Assembly: GCA_964523875.1 (NCBI GenBank)
Contig: CAZGAS010000002.1
Span: 20,432-72,757 of the forward strand
Length of the DNA stretch: 52,326 nt
Direction of reading: 5' to 3'
Source: an uncultured Planctomycetia bacterium
Lineage (GTDB): Bacteria > Omnitrophota > Gorgyraeia > JABMRG01
Positions 48,657 to 52,326 of this stretch are shown piece by piece. A program made the translations under genes and the position numbers. The first letter of the stretch is position 1. Every line of letters begins with the position of its first letter. A model generated the notes under the pieces. The model searched no databases, had not been told where the DNA came from, and worked only from the letters and a program-made list of their open reading frames with translations.

Positions 48657-48741
48657 CCGAAACTGTTTCTTAAATGCCTCAGAATTTTTTTAGCAACATT
48701 TAAGGATCCTTCTTGCACTAATAGCTTATGAGCGGTTTCGG
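48657..48741 (+). repeat. Second copy of the ~81-nt dispersed intergenic element
   Basis: ccgaaactGTTTCTTAAATGCCTCAGAATTTTTTTAGCAACATTTAAGGATCCTTCTTGCACTAATAGCTTATGAGCGGTTTCgg. The terminal inverted repeat pairs CCGAAAC (48657-63) with GTTTCGG (48735-41). An internal 8-bp stem pairs CTTAAATG with CATTTAAG. Confidence 0.88.
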
Positions 48742-48777
48742 ATTGAAGAAGGACAATGGGCTTTTGAGGAGTAGGAT

Positions 48778-49545
48778 ATGTTATTAACAATCGATATTGG
48801 GAATACAAGCATTCATGCGGGGATTTTTAAGGGTAAGCGGGTTATCCGGACTATGCTTATCAAGACATATGCCGATAAGCCGGATATTCTTAAGGCCTTT
48901 AAAAAAAGCCTTGGAGCTGATAAGGTAAAGATAAATGGTGCTGTTGTTTCAAGTGTTGTTCCGGGCGTAACGGTTATTATAAATCATATCATAAAGAAAC
49001 TTTTGAATATAAAACCAATCGTATTAGGAGAAGATATAAAGGTACCAATAAAAAATCTATATAAAAAACCAAAACAGGTAGGCCAGGATAGGCTTGTTAA
49101 TGCCTATGCCTGTAAAGAGCTTTATGGCAGTCCAGCTGTTGTTCTGGATTTTGGTACAGCAACAACCTTTGATTATATAAATCGATCCGGGGAATACGAA
49201 GGCGGCATTATTACCTCAGGGGTAGGTCTTACTATTGATGCGTTAGCTGAGAAGGCAGCGCTGCTTCCAAAAATCAAGTTTTATAAGCCAGATCGGCTGA
49301 TAGGCAAGGATACAGCAGGTAGTATTAGAAGTGGTGTATTTTTTGGATTAGCCAGTATGTGTGATGGGCTAGTGCTAAAGATAAAGAAGAGCTACAAGAA
49401 TAATCCTATTGTTATAGCAACAGGAGGTCTTGCAGACCTATTTTGTCCTTACTGTAAAGAAATAAATAAGATAGACAAATACTTGACACTGAAAGGTTTG
49501 TCAATAATCTCTTTAAAACTAGGCATAGACCTTGATTATAGATAA
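48778..49545 (+). CDS. coaX: Type III pantothenate kinase
   Basis: 255 aa. LLTIDIGNTSIH, VLDFGTATTFD and ATGG motifs. Confidence 0.94.
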   Translation: MLLTIDIGNTSIHAGIFKGKRVIRTMLIKTYADKPDILKAFKKSLGADKVKINGAVVSSVVPGVTVIINHIIKKLLNIKPIVLGEDIKVPIKNLYKKPKQVGQDRLVNAYACKELYGSPAVVLDFGTATTFDYINRSGEYEGGIITSGVGLTIDALAEKAALLPKIKFYKPDRLIGKDTAGSIRSGVFFGLASMCDGLVLKIKKSYKNNPIVIATGGLADLFCPYCKEINKIDKYLTLKGLSIISLKLGIDLDYR

Positions 49546-49572
49546 ATTATCAGGTATATTTATAGTGAAGAT

Positions 49573-49618
49573 GAGGGAGAAAAGCAACAGACAAAAACAT
49601 TTTTTTGCCCTCTTATTT
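49573..49618 (+). terminator. Probable intrinsic terminator after coaX
   Basis: GAGGGAGAAAAG (49573-84) pairs with TTTTTTGCCCTC (49601-12), with one mismatch and two G-U pairs. It is followed by TTATTT. Confidence 0.5.
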
Positions 49619-49721
49619 AAGACTTTAGAAAAGATTTAAATAATGGGAATAAAACTGCTTTGTGTGTGTTATATATAGTGTGTATAGATATAAAAATTTT
49701 TAATAAATGAGGTTGTGCTAG

Positions 49722-52326
49722 ATGAAGGTAAACGAACAAGAGAATAAGTATATGAGACACTCAAATTATAGTCTATTATTACGTACTATATCATGGGTTG
49801 TGATTCTTACTTTCTCATGGCAGCAGATTACCTATGGAGCTGACCTCACGTCAAAACGATGGGAAGCCCAGGAAAAGAAGGTCGGCCGCACATACTCTGT
49901 TATTGAGGCTATTAAGCAGCAGAAGAAGCAGCAGGATGATATAGATCGCAGGGCCATAGCTGAATATCATCGCAACGCAGCGGTAGGTAGCATATTCCAG
50001 GATGTTCACCTTAACGAATACATGCAGAATATGGATCAGATGTTTGCAGCTATGCAGATACAGGAACAGCTATGGAAAGCCCGCAACCTAATCAAGCATG
50101 CAGGTAACACTTATCTCCCCTTAAAAAATCCTGATGGGTCAATGCGTTATATATGGTCTAGGGCAGGAATGACCATAGCTATTATAAACGAATACATAAA
50201 TGACGGTTACGGCAATATATCTTTTCGCGATACATATGACATGCAGTATAACGATAAAGGCTTACTAACCAGCTATGACGCTAAAGAGGTAGACCGCTTT
50301 GGAAGGACAACTTATATCAGTTGGTCTAACGCGGAGTATAGCCCTGATTCTGTATTTTATGGTGGCTATGATACGCAAGCGAATAAAAACCTTACAGCCT
50401 ATGTTCAGAAGACAGTTGTCCATGAAGAAGGAGATGGTGGTGCTGTTTATGAACATCATTCATTTAAGCATGTGTACAATGCTGTATATAATGGCAAGGA
50501 TATGGCGAGTTGTAATGAAGAGGGCTGGGATGAGGTAAGAGGTGAATACAACTTTGTACGTAACGGCATGGGCTACGATTCAAATCATAACCTGACATCC
50601 TATCATGAAGAAGGTTTTAGCCAGGATCAAGGTCAAAATTGGACTGACTGGTCTGGTTCTTATCATGCTAATCCGGATGTAGAAGACAGATACTTGCTTG
50701 ATAGCTATCAGATGAAGAGCTGGTCCGAAGCCGCGAATGAGGTATCTACCCTTGATTGGCAAGCTACCTATCAGGGTGTTCGCATGGCTAGTTTTACTCA
50801 GACTGAAACAACAGCAACCGGCGGGACAACGGTAAGTACAAGAAGTGATATAGAATATGAAGGAAACCTCGTAACGGGATATAAGGACACTTATACAGAT
50901 AATAACGGCGCAGCTTCTACATTGGAATTTACGGGTACCTATGATTCCAGGGAAAATCTTATACATTCTATTAAGAAACTTACAGACGCGCAAGGCAATG
51001 TTACTACAATAGAGAATAACGCGGCATACAATTCTATAAGGCAGCTTATAGGGTATGAAGAGACTGCGCTAGATGGTTCAGGCCTTAGTAATAATACGAT
51101 ATGGTCAGGTACCTATGATATCCTTGGCAGGCTTACATCATATCATCAGGAGGATGTAAGCTCTGATAATCCTGAAGTTACAATTGTGACAGATTATACA
51201 AACATAACATATGATACCACTAGCCAGATGGCGGACCTTGATGCTGTTGTACATATATTTGGTACAGATGCCAATGGCAAGACCGTTGATATTACGGAAA
51301 CAACATCAAGATCTGATATTGGATTAGATGATAGAAAAGCACTTACCTCCTATATAGAAACAATGACAAGGACAGGCACAAACCTCTATGGTTATTCGGT
51401 AGATATTATAATAACAAGGAGTTTAGCGTTTGAAACAGGAATAGATTCAGATGACAAGACCTACGCTATCAAATCCGTATCAGATGAAACTGCTCATACT
51501 GTTGGTAACTCAATGATAAGTCTTCCTGAAAACTGGCAGGATATGCCTATGGAGCAAAGGATAGCGTATTTGAAATTGGTAGATTTTAGCGTTAGCGGGA
51601 TAGAAGTAGATTTTGCAAATTTAAGCAGCGATGAAGAAGAGAATTCCGCTATGCAGACAGCATTTGTCTTAGGTGAAGATGTTACGCTTTCAGATGGCAC
51701 TGTAATTAGCCTGAACCCCGATACCCTATCTATACATATTAGTACAGATAAAACAAGTCATAACAACTATACAGGTCATATGAATTCATCAGGCCAGAGT
51801 GTAGGCTATGAGATTATATCAACCTCTGACGCTACATCTGACGTGTTAACTACTACTGTGCGAAGCTTAATCCAATATGGCGTAGCTGGCAACATGAGAA
51901 GCTATCATGATTTTGCTACTTCTACGCTTCATAACCTTACCACAGACCAGACAGTGAGTGGCATTACCTATGATTCTGCCAGCAGGATGCTTGCACAAAC
52001 AAGGGTTGATCATTTGTATGGTACAAGCTCAACGGGCGCGACAGTTGATACCATTTATACATACTCGCAGTATGATATGGCATATGATGCCCAAGCAAAC
52101 ATTATCAGCTATACAGAAGAGGAGACAAGTTCTTCGTTCCAGACATTAAAAACTACCCATGTAAGTGGAGTTACATATAATGGCTTAGGTCAGATATACT
52201 CAAAGGTAATCCGCTCAGGACAGGTATCAACATTTGAAGGCATTGATTACAATATTACCTCAGAGCAATTTGTCTATTCAAGCGTATATAATGAAAAAGA
52301 ACAACTAATAGGCGGTGTTAATTACA
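49722..52326 (+). CDS. Large secreted or membrane-anchored YD/Rhs-repeat protein, 5' part only (open at the window end)
   Basis: My own translation from ATG 49722 (GAGG at 49709-12) is open for 868 codons to the last base. The ORF is absent from the track because it has no stop. It has an N-terminal hydrophobic segment LLLRTISWVVILTFSW. Many degenerate YD-type repeats follow (YNDKGLLTSY, GYDSNHNLTSY, TYDILGRLTSY, TYDSASRML, AYDAQANIISY, TYNGLGQIY, VYNEKEQLIGG). Confidence 0.85.
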   Translation, partial: MKVNEQENKYMRHSNYSLLLRTISWVVILTFSWQQITYGADLTSKRWEAQEKKVGRTYSVIEAIKQQKKQQDDIDRRAIAEYHRNAAVGSIFQDVHLNEYMQNMDQMFAAMQIQEQLWKARNLIKHAGNTYLPLKNPDGSMRYIWSRAGMTIAIINEYINDGYGNISFRDTYDMQYNDKGLLTSYDAKEVDRFGRTTYISWSNAEYSPDSVFYGGYDTQANKNLTAYVQKTVVHEEGDGGAVYEHHSFKHVYNAVYNGKDMASCNEEGWDEVRGEYNFVRNGMGYDSNHNLTSYHEEGFSQDQGQNWTDWSGSYHANPDVEDRYLLDSYQMKSWSEAANEVSTLDWQATYQGVRMASFTQTETTATGGTTVSTRSDIEYEGNLVTGYKDTYTDNNGAASTLEFTGTYDSRENLIHSIKKLTDAQGNVTTIENNAAYNSIRQLIGYEETALDGSGLSNNTIWSGTYDILGRLTSYHQEDVSSDNPEVTIVTDYTNITYDTTSQMADLDAVVHIFGTDANGKTVDITETTSRSDIGLDDRKALTSYIETMTRTGTNLYGYSVDIIITRSLAFETGIDSDDKTYAIKSVSDETAHTVGNSMISLPENWQDMPMEQRIAYLKLVDFSVSGIEVDFANLSSDEEENSAMQTAFVLGEDVTLSDGTVISLNPDTLSIHISTDKTSHNNYTGHMNSSGQSVGYEIISTSDATSDVLTTTVRSLIQYGVAGNMRSYHDFATSTLHNLTTDQTVSGITYDSASRMLAQTRVDHLYGTSSTGATVDTIYTYSQYDMAYDAQANIISYTEEETSSSFQTLKTTHVSGVTYNGLGQIYSKVIRSGQVSTFEGIDYNITSEQFVYSSVYNEKEQLIGGVNY

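Noticed and set aside
50580-50993. A 137-aa minus-strand ORF and several short ORFs lie within 50265-52149.
   Set aside because: All of them lie inside, and antisense to or out of frame with, the uninterrupted 868-codon YD-repeat reading frame.

Overview
Every convincing gene in this visibly AT-rich, very tightly packed bacterial housekeeping window is on the + strand. In order: a 65-bp tandem repeat array cut by the window edge; recA; a decayed htrA/degP pseudogene; recX-alaS; a fused hisDBHAFI-trpEGDCF-(M20 peptidase)-trpBA block running into manC-like and ruvX; an M16 peptidase; rpe; a phosphohexomutase; lepA-lepB; a CsgG-like protein fused to a double zinc ribbon; pgsA; der-plsY; an ECF sigma/anti-sigma pair; gpsA; tRNA-Pro(GGG); an aspartate-family block (hom, thrC, apgM-like protein, CstA-family transporter, lysC, cimA); valS; an RsuA/RluB-family pseudouridine synthase; nadC; uvrB; birA; coaX; and the first 868 codons of a large YD/Rhs-repeat protein that runs off the 3' end. 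I see no cas genes, integrase, transposase, restriction, toxin-antitoxin or other recognisable defence or mobile-element genes, so I cannot support a new protein-coding system here. The unexplained signal is noncoding. (a) A 65-bp tandem array and two dispersed ~80-nt elements share GTTTCTT / AAGGAACCT / CGGTTTC blocks. (b) A heptamer-based repeat (CGCAATA-type) lies upstream of hom and uvrB. The same heptamers flank a GC-rich double-hairpin insertion that sits in frame inside the phosphohexomutase gene. (c) Other oddities are a 100-nt near-perfect palindrome between hisD and hisB, a GC-rich basic tail on trpD and a (CCGAAAA)3 run in thrC. All calls come from reading the sequence and ORF translations by eye; no searches were run.
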